A stretch of DNA of 63,595 nt, counting the filler, from Octopus bimaculoides (lineage: Eukaryota): NCBI RefSeq assembly GCF_001194135.2. It is 5 parts of 4 records of this genome, joined end to end, with 100 filler letters (N's around TTAATTAATTAA, not from the genome) between each part and the next. Parts side by side here need not be neighbours in the genome. Positions count along the whole stretch, not along the records: positions 3,920 to 34,182 come from NW_026326038.1; 4 more parts are not named here. One strand, given 5' to 3'. The translations under genes were made by a program, and so were the position numbers. Below, piece by piece: positions 13,206-24,713 of the stretch (its first letter is position 1; each line of letters begins with the position of its first letter). Below the pieces are notes generated by a model. It was not told the DNA's origin, searched no databases, and saw only the letters and a list, made by a program, of their open reading frames with translations.

Positions 13206-13312
13206 CCCATATATATATATATATATATCTGTGTCCTTATTTATCTATATGTATATATCTGTCTACCTACCTATACATATATAAATTTTGAATTTTCTTA
13301 TGTTTCTGCAAG

Positions 13313-13426
13313 TCTCCTCAGCCAAGTGATCTGAAGCAGAAGGATTCATTCCAAGGCCCGGCCACATACAGAGGATGTACCGATGTATTTTTCTTGGTTT
13401 TAAGTGTTGTCTTCCTTGGTGGAATG
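13313..13426 (+). CDS. SLC44A1: SLC44A1/CTL1-like choline transporter exon (SPQPSDLKQKDSFQGPATYRGCTDVFFLVLSVVFLGGM)
   Basis: R-x-CTD plus first transmembrane helix is the CTL-family N-terminal signature; donor ATG|gtaaga; acceptor at 13312 or in-frame 13321; phase 0-0. Confidence 0.9.
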
Positions 13427-14896
13427 GTAAGAAACAAGTCCACAAATGGATAATTATTTTTCCTCTTGTTTTTGTATTAGTTCTAAGTCTATATTTGTCT
13501 ATATATGTGTGTAAAATGTCATACATAGTTTGTATGCATAACAGCTATTATAGTGTGTGTGTGTAAAATTTATTATATTGAATGTGTCTATAATGTGTTT
13601 CAAATCCAAAATATTGATCTGTTGGAAGCTGTCCAGAGACGTGCAACCAGACAAATACCCTTTATCTTGAACATATTGCTTCAATAGGCAGCAACACACT
13701 AAAGTTTATATGTCCAGCAGTTGACTTGGTAGACTCGCACAAGATTATCCACCATTGTTTATTTTTCAACAACTTTGGTCACTTTTTTTAATTCAGTGAA
13801 CCTCTGCCCACCTTGGACATGATTTTGAAACACAAAAACAACACCACATCAATGACATTTGTGAACATTTTTCACATTCAGAATTGTCAAAGCATGGAAT
13901 AAACTACTAGCATCCATATTCATATATATATATATATATATATATAGTTTTAGGGAAAATAACCAAGATGAGTTCTTGAAACTTGGTTATTTTCCCTAAA
14001 ACTATATATTTTATATATATTTTATCTATAAAGCTCAATTTAATTTTAATTTTTTATAAATTGATTTTAATTGAGTTTTTACCTGTAATTTTGGATTTTG
14101 TCCNNNNNNNNNNNNNNNNNNNNNNNNNNNNNNNNNNNNNNNNNNNNNNNNNNNNNNNNNNNNNNNNNNNNNNNNNNNNNNNNNNNNNNNNNNNNNNNNN
14201 NNNNNNNNNNNNNNNNNNNNNNNNNNNNNNNNNNNNNNNNNNNNNNNNNNNNNNNNNNNNNNNNNNNNNNNNNNNNNNNNNNNNNNNNNNNNNNNNNNNN
14301 NNNNNNNNNNNNNNNNNNNNNNNNNNNNNNNNNNNNNNNNNNNNNNNNNNNNNNNNNNNNNNNNNNNNNNNNNNNNNNNNNNNNNNNNNNNNNNNNNNNN
14401 NNNNNNNNNNNNNNNNNNNNNNNNNNNNNNNNNNNNNNNNNNNNNNNNNNNNNNNNNNNNNNNNNNNNNNNNNNNNNNNNNNNNNNNNNNNNNNNNNNNN
14501 NNNNNNNNNNNNNNNNNNNNNNNNNNNNNNNNNNNNNNNNNNNNNNNNNNNNNNNNNNNNNNNNNNNNNNNNNNNNNNNNNNNNNNNNNNNNNNNNNNNN
14601 NNNNNNNNNNNNNNNNNNNNNNNNNNNNNNNNNNNNNNNNNNNNNNNNNNNNNNNNNNNNNNNNNNNNNNNNNNNNNNNNNNNNNNNNNNNNNNNNNNNN
14701 NNNNNNNNNNNNNNNNNNNNNNNNNNNNNNNNNNNNNNNNNNNNNNNNNNNNNNNNNNNNNAGTTTTCAAACTGATATTTTAGAGTTTTGTTATTCACTG
14801 TTTAAATAGGGAGTGTTTAAGTACAAACATACATACACACACACACATATACATACATATTCCCATACATAAACATAGGGACGTACACACACAAAA

Positions 14897-15125
14897 GCGG
14901 CGAGCTGGCAGAAACATTAGCACGCCAGGCGAAATGCTTAGCGGTATTTCGTCTGCTGCAACGTTCTGAGTTCAAATTCCGCCGAGGTCAACTTTGCCTT
15001 TCATCCTTTCGGGGTCGATTAAATAAGTAGCAGTTACGCACTGGGGTCGATATAATCGACTTAATCCGTTTGTCTGTCCTTGTTTGTCCCCTTTATGTTT
15101 AGCCCCTTGTGGGTAGTAAAGAAAT
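14897..15125 (+). mobile_element. Family A SINE in SLC44 intron
   Basis: Full head-to-tail copy with B-box-like gagttcaaattcc. Confidence 0.85.
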
Positions 15126-15364
15126 AACACATAAATATAGGACCTTACACATACATGTTTGCAGAGAAACACAAACACACACATACATGTATTCATTCCC
15201 CTGCTTTTTTTTTGTGTGTGTGTATGTACATATGTATGAATATATGTGAATGAATACATATATGTATGTGTTTGTATTTCTCTGCATGTATGTATGTGTA
15301 AGGTCCCATATTTATGTGTGTATGTCTATGTTTATGTACGAGTATGTGTGTATGTGTATAAATA

Positions 15365-15395
<31 letters not shown>

Positions 15396-15423
15396 GCTTT
15401 TTACTTTTTTTTTTTTTCTGCAG

Positions 15424-15566
15424 ATATATGTATTTTATTTGTCACTGTCTTACGGCTGCCCATATCGTCTCCTCTATGGCATGGATAGCTGGGGAAATTC
15501 TTGCAATCTGAGGAATAAAAAGATTCCCGGTGTCCATTATTCAGGATTAGACACAACACATTTAAG
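15424..15566 (+). CDS. SLC44A1: SLC44A1-like exon (IYVFYLSLSYGCPYRLLYGMDSWGNSCNLRNKKIPGVHYSGLDTTHL)
   Basis: poly-T ctgcag acceptor, AG|gtaaga donor, 143 nt, phase 0-2; G-x-DS-x-GN-x-C motif conserved in CTL proteins. Confidence 0.93.
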
Positions 15567-16112
15567 GTAAGACATTTGGTTTTTACATCTCTTTTCTTTA
15601 CCCCCCCCCCTCCTCTCTCTCTCTCTCTCTCTCTTGGCTATTTCTGTCTCCCTCATTTTGTCTCTCTCTCTCTCTCTCTCTCACTTTTATCTTTTCCTTT
15701 TCCATCTCTACCTTTTTGCCTTTGTTTTCTCAATCACTCTCTCTCCCACTTCTCTCTTTCTTTCTTCTTTCTTCCTTTCTTTCTTGCCTTTTCTTTTCAT
15801 TTTCTTTCTTCCTTCCTTCCTTCTTTTCTTTATTGCCTTCTTATAAATCAGCCCCCATTGGTAAGAAACTCTCAAGAGAGCCAAACAGCAGGAAGTCTTC
15901 AAAGAAGAAACCCCCCAACCCCCACCCCAGGCAAGTTTCTCGGCCCTTAACTTCTTACATTCTAAGGAGGCTGTACCACATCCAAGTCATAACTCCTGTG
16001 TACCCTTCAGCTGACACTTTTTGGATATCAGACTTGTGCATTTAAACTACCAGGAGATTTCACCTAGTTGTAATTCCTCTCCATTGACTCAGCTTTTAAA
16101 CTTATACTTTAA

Positions 16113-16718
16113 CCATTTACCATTCAGATTAAGTTTGTCAAATGTGATGCTTATTTATTCACATTTATTTGAATTAGTCATGCATTATCTTGTAGCGTTG
16201 AGATTTCAATGATGTGACTGCTTATTTTTAGAATGACATTGTAGGGTAGGTGTGAGAGGTGAGAGGTGGCTAGCTTCACCCTTTAGCATTCAGATTATTA
16301 CTCTGTCAAATGAAATGCTTATTCACATTGTTTTGAATTAATCAGGCATTACCTTGTAACGTTCAAATTTCATTGACATGATTGTTTTATTTCTAGAATA
16401 ATATTGTGAAGTAAGTGTGAGAGGCCAGATCTGGCCAGTTTGAACTTAAAACTGGTGGAGATTGTCAATTTAATCCTTTAGCCAGAGATTGTCAATTTAA
16501 TCCTTTAGCATTCAGATTACTCTGTCAAATGTAATGCTTACTTATTTACATTGTTTTGAATTAGTCATGTGTTATCTCATAGCTTTGAGATTTTGAAAAT
16601 GCAGTTGTTTATTTTGAAAATGACATTGTAAGATGTGTTACAGGCCGGATGTGGCCAGTTTGAACATAAATCGTGTAGAATATCTTGGCCGGATATGACC
16701 AGTTTAAATGCTGAAGGG
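16113..16718. mobile_element. Three tandem copies of a piggyBac-type MITE (family D)
   Basis: Termini TTAA-CC(C)TTTAGCATT ... AATGCT(A/G)AAGGG-TTAA; single copy bounded by TTAA at 24282-24502. Confidence 0.65.
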
Positions 16719-16905
16719 TTAAAGAAGGAAAGACGTTGGTTGACATGGTAACAGTGAAATGTCATCAGCATCACAGTTACTCACTCAGAGTTACTTCTCT
16801 TGAGCCTGGTACTTATTCTATTTTTTCCTCTTTGCCAAACTACTAAGTTACAGACATGTAAACAAACCAGCACTGGCTATCTAAGAATGGGTGACAAACA
16901 CAAAT

Positions 16906-16950
<45 letters not shown>

Positions 16951-16984
16951 TTTTCATTTGTCTCTGTCTTTCATTTTGCACCAG

Positions 16985-17161
16985 ATACCTATTTACACAT
17001 ACAAACCAAGGTTCGCATATAGAGGAGACCATCTGTGTGAAGGAATGTCCACGGCAAATAATCAGAACACAGCAAGAGCTGGTGAACTTCACAGAGGTAA
17101 CAGGTTCAAACCTCTGCCGCTATGATGGTACGGTTTGTCCTACTCTACCCATTGCAGCTAC
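16985..17161 (+). CDS. SLC44A1: SLC44A1-like exon (RYLFTHTNQGSHIEETICVKECPRQIIRTQQELVNFTEVTGSNLCRYDGTVCPTLPIAA)
   Basis: ttttgcaccag acceptor, AC|gtgagt donor, 177 nt, phase 2-2; CV-x2-CP ... LC ... CP-x-LP cysteine pattern of the CTL1 extracellular loop. Confidence 0.92.
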
Positions 17162-17394
17162 GTGAGTACTGACTTCAAAATTTCAATAAGTGATTACTGC
17201 TACATACATGTGTATGTATATATGTATATACTGACCAACTCCTTTCTCCCTTCCCCATTTTCACACACACATACGTCAAGATCACCAGCATTCTATCTCC
17301 CACACACACAGCCCCTCGTTCTTTGATCACCGTTCTTTCTCCCCCTTTTCTTAGCTCTCCTGTGAAAAAAAATCTCTAACTTCCGGTCAGCCAT

Positions 17395-17578
17395 TACTAT
17401 GATTAGCCATTACTATGATTGACCACTGACTGAACACTATTCAATTTTTTTTCTCCGTGTTTTTCTCCTTGTCTCCGTATTCTTTCTGTTGAAGAACGTA
17501 GCTCGAAACGTCAAAGTCTTTCCGTATTCCCAAGCGTCATACTAATACATCCTTTTGTTGTTTACACCACTTGTCCTC
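17395..17578 (+). mobile_element. Family G terminal repeat with hammerhead-like motif (17481-17516)
   Basis: tcttt ctgttga a gaac gta gctc gaa acgt c aaag. Confidence 0.6.
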
Positions 17579-18225
17579 NNNNNNNNNNNNNNNNNNNNNN
17601 NNNNNNNNNNNNNNNNNNNNNNNNNNNNNNNNNNNNNNNNNNNNNNNNNNNNNNNNNNNNNNNNNNNNNNNNNNNNNNNNNNNNNNNNNNNNNNNNNNNN
17701 NNNNNNNNNNNNNNNNNNNNNNNNNNNNNNNNNNNNNNNNNNNNNNNNNNNNNNNNNNNNNNNNNNNNNNNNNNNNNNNNNNNNNNNNNNNNNNNNNNNN
17801 NNNNNNNNNNNNNGCATGGGTTGGATGATTTGACTGGGGACTGGTGAAACCAGAAGGCTGCACCAGGCTCCAATCTGATCTGGCAGTTTCTACAGCTGGA
17901 TGCCCTTCCTAACGCCAACCACTCAGAGAGTGTAGTGGGTGCTTTTACGTGCCTCCGGCACGAAGGCCAGTCAGGCGGTACTGGCAACGGCCACGCTCAA
18001 AATGGTGTATTTTACGTGCCACCTGCACAGAAGCCAGTTCGGCGGCACTGGCAATGATCTCGCTCGAATGTCTTTACACGTGCCAGGAAGGTGATGCTGG
18101 GCACAGGTGCTATTGACGGTTTCGCTTTCGCTTGCCCTGTCAATGGCACCTGTGCCCAGCATTGCCTTCCTGGCACTTGTGCCGATATATATATATATAT
18201 AAAAGTGTGTGTGTATATATATATA

Positions 18226-18440
18226 GGAAGTGCTGAAAAGTTCCAAGTTTTAAGAGTGTTGCAAAAGGCCTGGTTGTAGGCCCAACCTTCTGAGTTCTTT
18301 TACAGGACTTAGAAAAACTGAAGAACTGCTGCAATAAGTGTGTGAATCTTGAGAAAGGAATATGTTGAATGAAATGATAATTAACTGATCCTCCTGTATT
18401 TTCTTTTGCCCAAAGCCAGGAGCTTTTCAGCACCCCCTCA
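18226..18440. mobile_element. Mariner-type MITE
   Basis: gtgctgaaaag ... cttttcagcacc inverted termini, same family as 2718-2934. Confidence 0.7.
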
Positions 18441-18805
18441 TATATATCCATCAATGCAAAACTAACATATTTAGTTTTTCACTGAACATACATAAAAACC
18501 AGAGAACTAGAATGCAAACGTCCTTTAAAGGATTATAGGTCCTTGAAAATCCATCAAGCTGAGCAAAATTGCAGTCATGGTAGATACTGGTATCACACAA
18601 ATGGCACATAAAAGCACCCATTATACTCTCACGGTGGTTGGCGTTAGGAAGGGTATCCAGCCATAGAAACCATGCCAAATCAGACTGGAGTCTGGTGCAG
18701 CCTTCCAGCTTACCAGCCTTGGTCAAACCTTCCAGCCCATATCAGCATGGACAATGGATATTAAATGATGATATATATATATATATATATATGTATATGT
18801 ATATA

Positions 18806-19390
18806 TGTAAAGAATAAAAAGTTTTGAATGGTACAACAATGCACTATAATACAAACAATGGGCTATATACCCATTGTAATTTAGTTATCCATAGTCTGAT
18901 GATATTTCGGAATACAATTCCTTCTTCAGATATTCTTAACTGTTTTCCAACGGTCTTCTTTTTTCGGAAGCATCTCAGTAGTGGTCTCACGAAGCTCTTT
19001 CCGAAATTCCTCATGAGANNNNNNNNNNNNNNNNNNNNNNNCTCATGAGAAGTGTGTGAGGTCGGCTATGTCTCAATCTCGTGTGTGTTGGTACATCTGT
19101 AGCACTGCTTCTAAGTACCAACACACACGAGATTGAGACATAGCCGACCTCACACACTTCTCATGAGAAATTCCGGAAAGAGCTTCGTGAGACCACTACT
19201 GAGATGCTTCCGAAAAAAGAAGACCATTGGAAAACAGTTTATAGCAGAGACTCCATCTAAGAATATCTGAAGAAGGAATTGTATTCCGAAATATCATCGG
19301 ACTATGGATAACTAAATTACAACGGGTATATAGCCCATTTTTTCTATTATAGTGCATTGTTGTACCATTCAAAACTTTTTATTCTTTACA
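18806..19390. mobile_element. Fold-back palindrome of a Penelope-type terminal repeat (family H) with two minimal hammerhead cores
   Basis: Arms 18806-19094 and 19115-19390, 20-nt loop; CTGAAGA-A-GGAAT-tgt-ATTCC-GAA-ATAT-C at 19267-19295 (+) and 18901-18929 (-). Confidence 0.75.
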
Positions 19391-20869
19391 CACAATACAC
19401 AATGCTTCAAGCAAACTACAATACTCTCATATATATATATTGTGCACTTGTACAGGTAATGGTAATTTGATAGAGGGGATGAGCTAATGTACAGAACAAA
19501 CATTTGATCACTCTAAACAAATCATCAGGTTATTCAGCAAGAAATTGCAGAATCTTCTTTCTCAGACTCAAGAGAGACTACCATTAAATTGTGTGTGCGT
19601 GTGTGTGAGAGAGAGATTAAAAAAATAAAAAACAATGCCAATACAAACTAAAATCTTTAATTTAACAAATTCTGAACCACACCAAAATCGCTCAACCATT
19701 AAATATCACAATTCCAAGTCACCCTGTCACCACAAATACATGAGTCCTTAATTAGTTTTACCATTAAACCTATTCACAGACAAAGCATCAAAATACCCTA
19801 ATCTTCACCTGAATAATGATGTTAGCATTTTGATTCCTGGCACAAATCATCATGATACAGGTAACACTTTTCCAAATCTTTATGCTCTCCAATGCCATTG
19901 GCTGTTCACCAACACATCAAGCTGTTCCTGATAAAAGGAGACATTTAAACAAAACCACCCTCTATATAAACATATGTTTTTATATACTCCTCACAGAATC
20001 ATTTTATCATTCATATTTTCTGGATTTTCAGTAACATGGATACTTTACATTACTTCATAATTGATTATTATGTGAACAAACTGATGGCCCAAGTCACACA
20101 ATTCTCTGAATCCATATCTTATACTATTAATTTTACTTACATATATACTCTTTTACTTGTTTCAGTCATTTGACTGCAGCCATGCTGGAGCACTGCCTTT
20201 AGTCGAGCCTAACGACCACGGGGACTTATTCTTTGTAAGCCTAGTACTTATTCTATCAGTCTCTTTTACTGAACCGCTATGTGACAGGGACATAAACACA
20301 CCAGCATCGGTTGTCAAGCATCCGGCAGGGGAGGGTGGCGAACCCTGCTGTACTCTTCCACCACAACTTTCTCTTACTTCCTGTTTCTGTTGTGCCTGTA
20401 ATTCAAAGGGTCAGCCTTGTCACACTGTGTGTCACACTGAATATCCCCGAGAACTACGTTAAGGGTAACGTGTCTGTGGAGTGCTCAGCCACTTGCACGT
20501 TAATTTCACGAGCAGGCTGTTCCGTTGATCGGATCAACTGGAACCCTCAACGTCGTAAGCGATGGAGTGCCAACAACATTTAAATTTACAAACAACAGTA
20601 TGTTATAATATAAAGTATTTTTTATCGTCCCAAGACTACACCTCATACAACATATCCACATTTCCACATACCGTGCTTTTATTTCCATGCTATGCGCTAA
20701 GCTTTCAAAACTACACTGCACCCCTTACTTCATGCCTTGACTGCTATCCTACACCTCCTGCTCTCACTCCCCTGCTACAATGCATGTGACTCGAAACATG
20801 TCTTCCCTGTGTAACTCACAACCTGGGGCTAAAATACGGACTACAATCACCATTACAGTACCACTTCTG

Positions 20870-20910
<41 letters not shown>

Positions 20911-20935
20911 GCGGATCGAATTTTTTTATTCTCAG

Positions 20936-21020
20936 GATTCCACTGTTCCACCGATGTTCCACATCTGAAAATGGAATTAAAGATAAAGTTATCAGTGGTT
21001 TGCGTAATGATTTCTTTCAC
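20936..21020 (+). CDS. SLC44A1: SLC44A1-like exon (TIPLFHRCSTSENGIKDKVISGLRNDFFH)
   Basis: tttttttattctcag acceptor, CAC|gtaagt donor, 85 nt, phase 2-0; IP-x-FHRC matches CTL1. Confidence 0.9.
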
Positions 21021-22449
21021 GTAAGTACCCAGCATGCTTTGCTTAATGATTTAGTTGTATCTTTCTTGCCTTTTCTTTTGTTTTTTTCCTTGTTTCAGTC
21101 ATTGAACTGCAATCACGCTGGGTCACTGACTTTCAAAGGTTTTAGTTAAACAAATTGACCCAAGTACTTAATTTAAGTCTCGTACTTATTTTGCTGGTCT
21201 CTTTTCTTGAACTACAAAGTTATGTAGATGTAAACAAACCAGTACCAATTGTCAAGCAGAGTGGTGGGGCACAGGCACGCATACACACCCAAACACACAC
21301 CTGGAGCTCAATAGTCCTTCAACACATTAGATACGGTCAAACCCCTGTCCAACCTATGTCAGCATGTAATTGACATGTGTGTGTGTATGTATATATACAT
21401 ACATATCATCATCATCATCATCATCGTTTAACGTCCGCTTTCCATGCTAGCATGGGTTGGACGATTTGACTGAGGACTGGTGAAACCGGATGGCAACACC
21501 AGGCTCCAGTCTAATTTGGCAGAGTTTCTACAGCTGGAAGCCCTTCCTAACGCCAACCACTCAGAGAGTGTAGTGGGTGCTTTTACGTGTCACCCGCACG
21601 AAAACGGCCACGCTCGAAATGGTGTCTTTTATGTGCCACCCGCACAAGCCNNNNNNNNNNNNNNNNNNNNNNNNNNNNNNNNNNNNNNNNNNNNNNNNNN
21701 NNNNNNNNNNNNNNNNNNNNNNNNNNNNNNNNNNNNNNNNNNNNNNNNNNNNNNNNNNNNNNNNNNNNNNNNNNNNNNNNNNNNNNNNNNNNNNNNNNNN
21801 NNNNNNNNNNNNNNNNNNNNNNNNNNNNNNNNNNNNNNNNNNNNNNNNNNNNNNNNNNNNNNNNNNNNNNNNNNNNNNNNNNNNNNNNNNNNNNNNNNNN
21901 NNNNNNNNNNNNNNNNNNNNNNNNNNNNNNNNNNNNNNNNNNNNNNNNNNNNNNNNNNNNNNNNNNNNNNNNNNNNNNNNNNNNNNNNNNNNNNNNNNNN
22001 NNNNNNNNNNNNNNNNNNNNNNNNNNNNNNNNNNNNNNNNNNNNNNNNNNNNNNNNNNNNNNNNNNNNNNNNNNNNNNNNNNNNNNNNNNNNNNNNNNNN
22101 NNNNNNNNNNNNNNNNNNNNNNNNNNNNNNNNNNNNNNNNNNNNNNNNNNNNNNNNNNNNNNNNNNNNNNNNNNNNNNNNNNNNNNNNNNNNNNNNNNNN
22201 NNNNNNNNNNNNNNNNNNNNNNNNNNNNNNNNNNNNNNNNNNNNNNNNNNNNNNNNNNNNNNNNNNNNNNNNNNNNNNNNNNNNNNNNNNNNNNNNNNNN
22301 NNNNNNNNNNNNNNNNNNNNNNNNNNNNNNNNNNNNNNNNNNNNNNNNNNNNNNNNNNNNNNNNNNNNNNNNNNNNNNNNNNNNNNNNNNNNNNNNNNNN
22401 NNNNNNNNNNNNNNNNNNNNNNNNNNNNNNNNNNNNNNNNNNNNNNNNN

Positions 22450-22605
22450 ATATGGGAGAATGTACGAAAAAAACAACAACAGACGAGGACAGGTGGTGTA
22501 AACAACAAAAGGATGTATTAGTTTGACGCTCAGAAATACAGAAAGTCTTTAACATTTCGAGCTACGCTCTTCAACAGAAAGAATACGGAGAAAACAAGGA
22601 GAAAA
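22450..22605 (-). mobile_element. Family G terminal repeat with hammerhead-like motif (22546-22582)
   Basis: Reverse complement reads tcttt ctgttga a gagc gta gctc gaa atgt t aaaga. Confidence 0.6.
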
Positions 22606-23153
22606 TATATACACACACACACACACACACACATATATACATATATAAAATAATTGATCAAAACTCAGAGAAATGAGAGATAAAATATTTATTCCATTTG
22701 TTGACAGTTGTTTCGTTATCTGTATCCTGTTACATCAGTAAAGCTAAAGCGTCTTACACATATAAATATACACATACAGATGCACATATATAACTGTGTG
22801 GTAACATAGTGAATAAGATTTCTTGCCAGAAAATTTTGTGAACAGTAAATATTTAGCTCTTCTAAATTATGCTATGTTGTCTCATTTTGTAAGATTTGAG
22901 ATATATTTGGTAAGAAATATATATTAACAATAGAGACAGTATTAATACCGAGAGATAATATTCATCCCCACTTAAATGTGGATGTTCTGTTAAAACAAGC
23001 AATACTGCAGTAGATACCATGAGTGAATACTCTCATATTGGTTTTTGGTACAGAATACATGCTTGTTTGTTTATATCACCAGTGTGGAGATGAATATTTG
23101 GTGAGCTACCATGACTTTCAAATACCAGAATGCCAATATTTGGAACATATTAA

Positions 23154-23432
23154 CCCATTACCTACCAGTGATCTCATATGAGATCACTTAAAAATTACAA
23201 ATTTCGTAATTATCTGTCAATATTTACACATATCTAACCTTTTTGCTATATCTACTAGGTATATTTCTCTGATATTCAAATGAGGTTTGCTAATTTTTCA
23301 CCCAATATCTCGCTTATTTCTATTTGAAATGTTATTTTGATCGTTCCAGCGTGTTTCTAAGGCTGTTTTATGCTAGAAATCAAAGTTTCATAGAAAAAAT
23401 TCCAGTTAATAAGAATTATGGGAGGTAATGGG
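23154..23432. mobile_element. piggyBac-type MITE (second family)
   Basis: TTAA at 23150-23153 and 23433-23436; inverted termini CCCATTACCTACCA / TGGGAGGTAATGGG (13/14). Confidence 0.75.
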
Positions 23433-23789
23433 TTAAGATGGAAATAAGTAAGTAAATATAGGGTGACTATAAAGTCTGAAGCATCTGTTGGAAGACATCA
23501 TGAATGAATGTGGAGTTACTTGCATCATGTTCATGTGAGTCTTGCTAAGCACATTAAACTTTCCATCATTAGTAGAGGAAATCATCGTCATTTAACGTCT
23601 GCCTTCCATGCTGGTGTGGGTTGAACAGTTTAACTGTAGCTGGTCAGGTAGAAAATTACACCACTCATGTCTGTTTTGGCATGGTTTTTACAGCTGGATG
23701 CCCTTTCCAACATCAACCACCCCACAGATTTGCCATTATAATGCTGGCCACCATCCACACTGTGTTGCCCTCAACAAAATGCCAAAGCA

Positions 23790-24255
23790 TGGCCTAGATG
23801 CTACAGGCCTCCCTTCCCAGCTTGAGTCAGCAGGATTAAACCAAGGGAGCAGAAAATGTCTGATGGTATGATAATTTCCCCATTCCATGGCATTGAACCC
23901 CTCATCTGGAATGTCACATGCTATGACACCTTCTCCAGCAGCAAACCCAGGCTCTGCTGCTTGCCAGGCTGAAGAAAGCAAACTGTCGAAGTTTTGGTTG
24001 CTCTCTGACAGGTTTATGGTTGAGCCTGTGGCAGTGGAGACCTCCAATGTTCTCGGGGAGGGGCCCCCAGACCATACCCCTGCTTACTGCTATCAGGGTG
24101 GAGATGGCAGTCCACAAGTGTAAGTCCTGTGAGTCAGAGTGGCTGCTCCAGTGCATCTCTCTTACCTTCCTCCAGGACAATGCCTTTTTCATCTTGTCTG
24201 CTGGGACCATGAGGAAGTCTGAATTACAGGAAATCAAGAGAATGTAAGAACAGAC
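23790..24255 (-). mobile_element. Degenerate non-LTR retrotransposon RT C-terminal fragment
   Basis: Minus frame SDFLMVPADKMKKALSWRKVREMHWSS...LHLWTAI resembles post-RT regions of LINEs; no splice signals. Confidence 0.4.
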
Positions 24256-24281
24256 TGCTTCAAATGAATATTCTAATTTAA

Positions 24282-24502
24282 TTCTTTAGCATTTAGATTA
24301 TTCTCTCAAATGGGAATCTTACTTATCCACGTTATTCTGAATTAATCATGCATTATCTTGTATCTTCAAAATTTTGATGATGTGACTGATTATTTTTAGA
24401 ATGACATTACGGGTCAGGTGTGAGATACCAGATCTGGCTGGTTTGAATGTAAAACAGGCAGGATATTTGGGCCCAGATATGGCTAGTTTAAACACTAAAG
24501 GG
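24282..24502. mobile_element. Family D piggyBac-type MITE
   Basis: TTAA both sides; tctttagcattt ... cactaaaggg termini. Confidence 0.7.
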
Positions 24503-24713
24503 TTAAACTTTCCAAATGTAAACCCACTTAATGGATAATTGCTTAAAATCCATTATGAAATTTTTAGTTGTGTTGGAAATGTTATTCATTTATGTGGCTG
24601 AATAAAATTAACGAAAATTATGCATCTTCACCTGTGTATCCAGACTTTATGGTCACCCTGCAGAATCAAATAAGAAAGCTACAGTAAAATAAAAAAAAAA
24701 AAAATTATAATTA

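Noticed and set aside
14897-14990. tRNA genes in SINE heads (also 2252, 45443, 47208)
   Set aside because: A/B-box-like motifs are present but I could not fold a cloverleaf, and each continues into a multi-copy SINE body.
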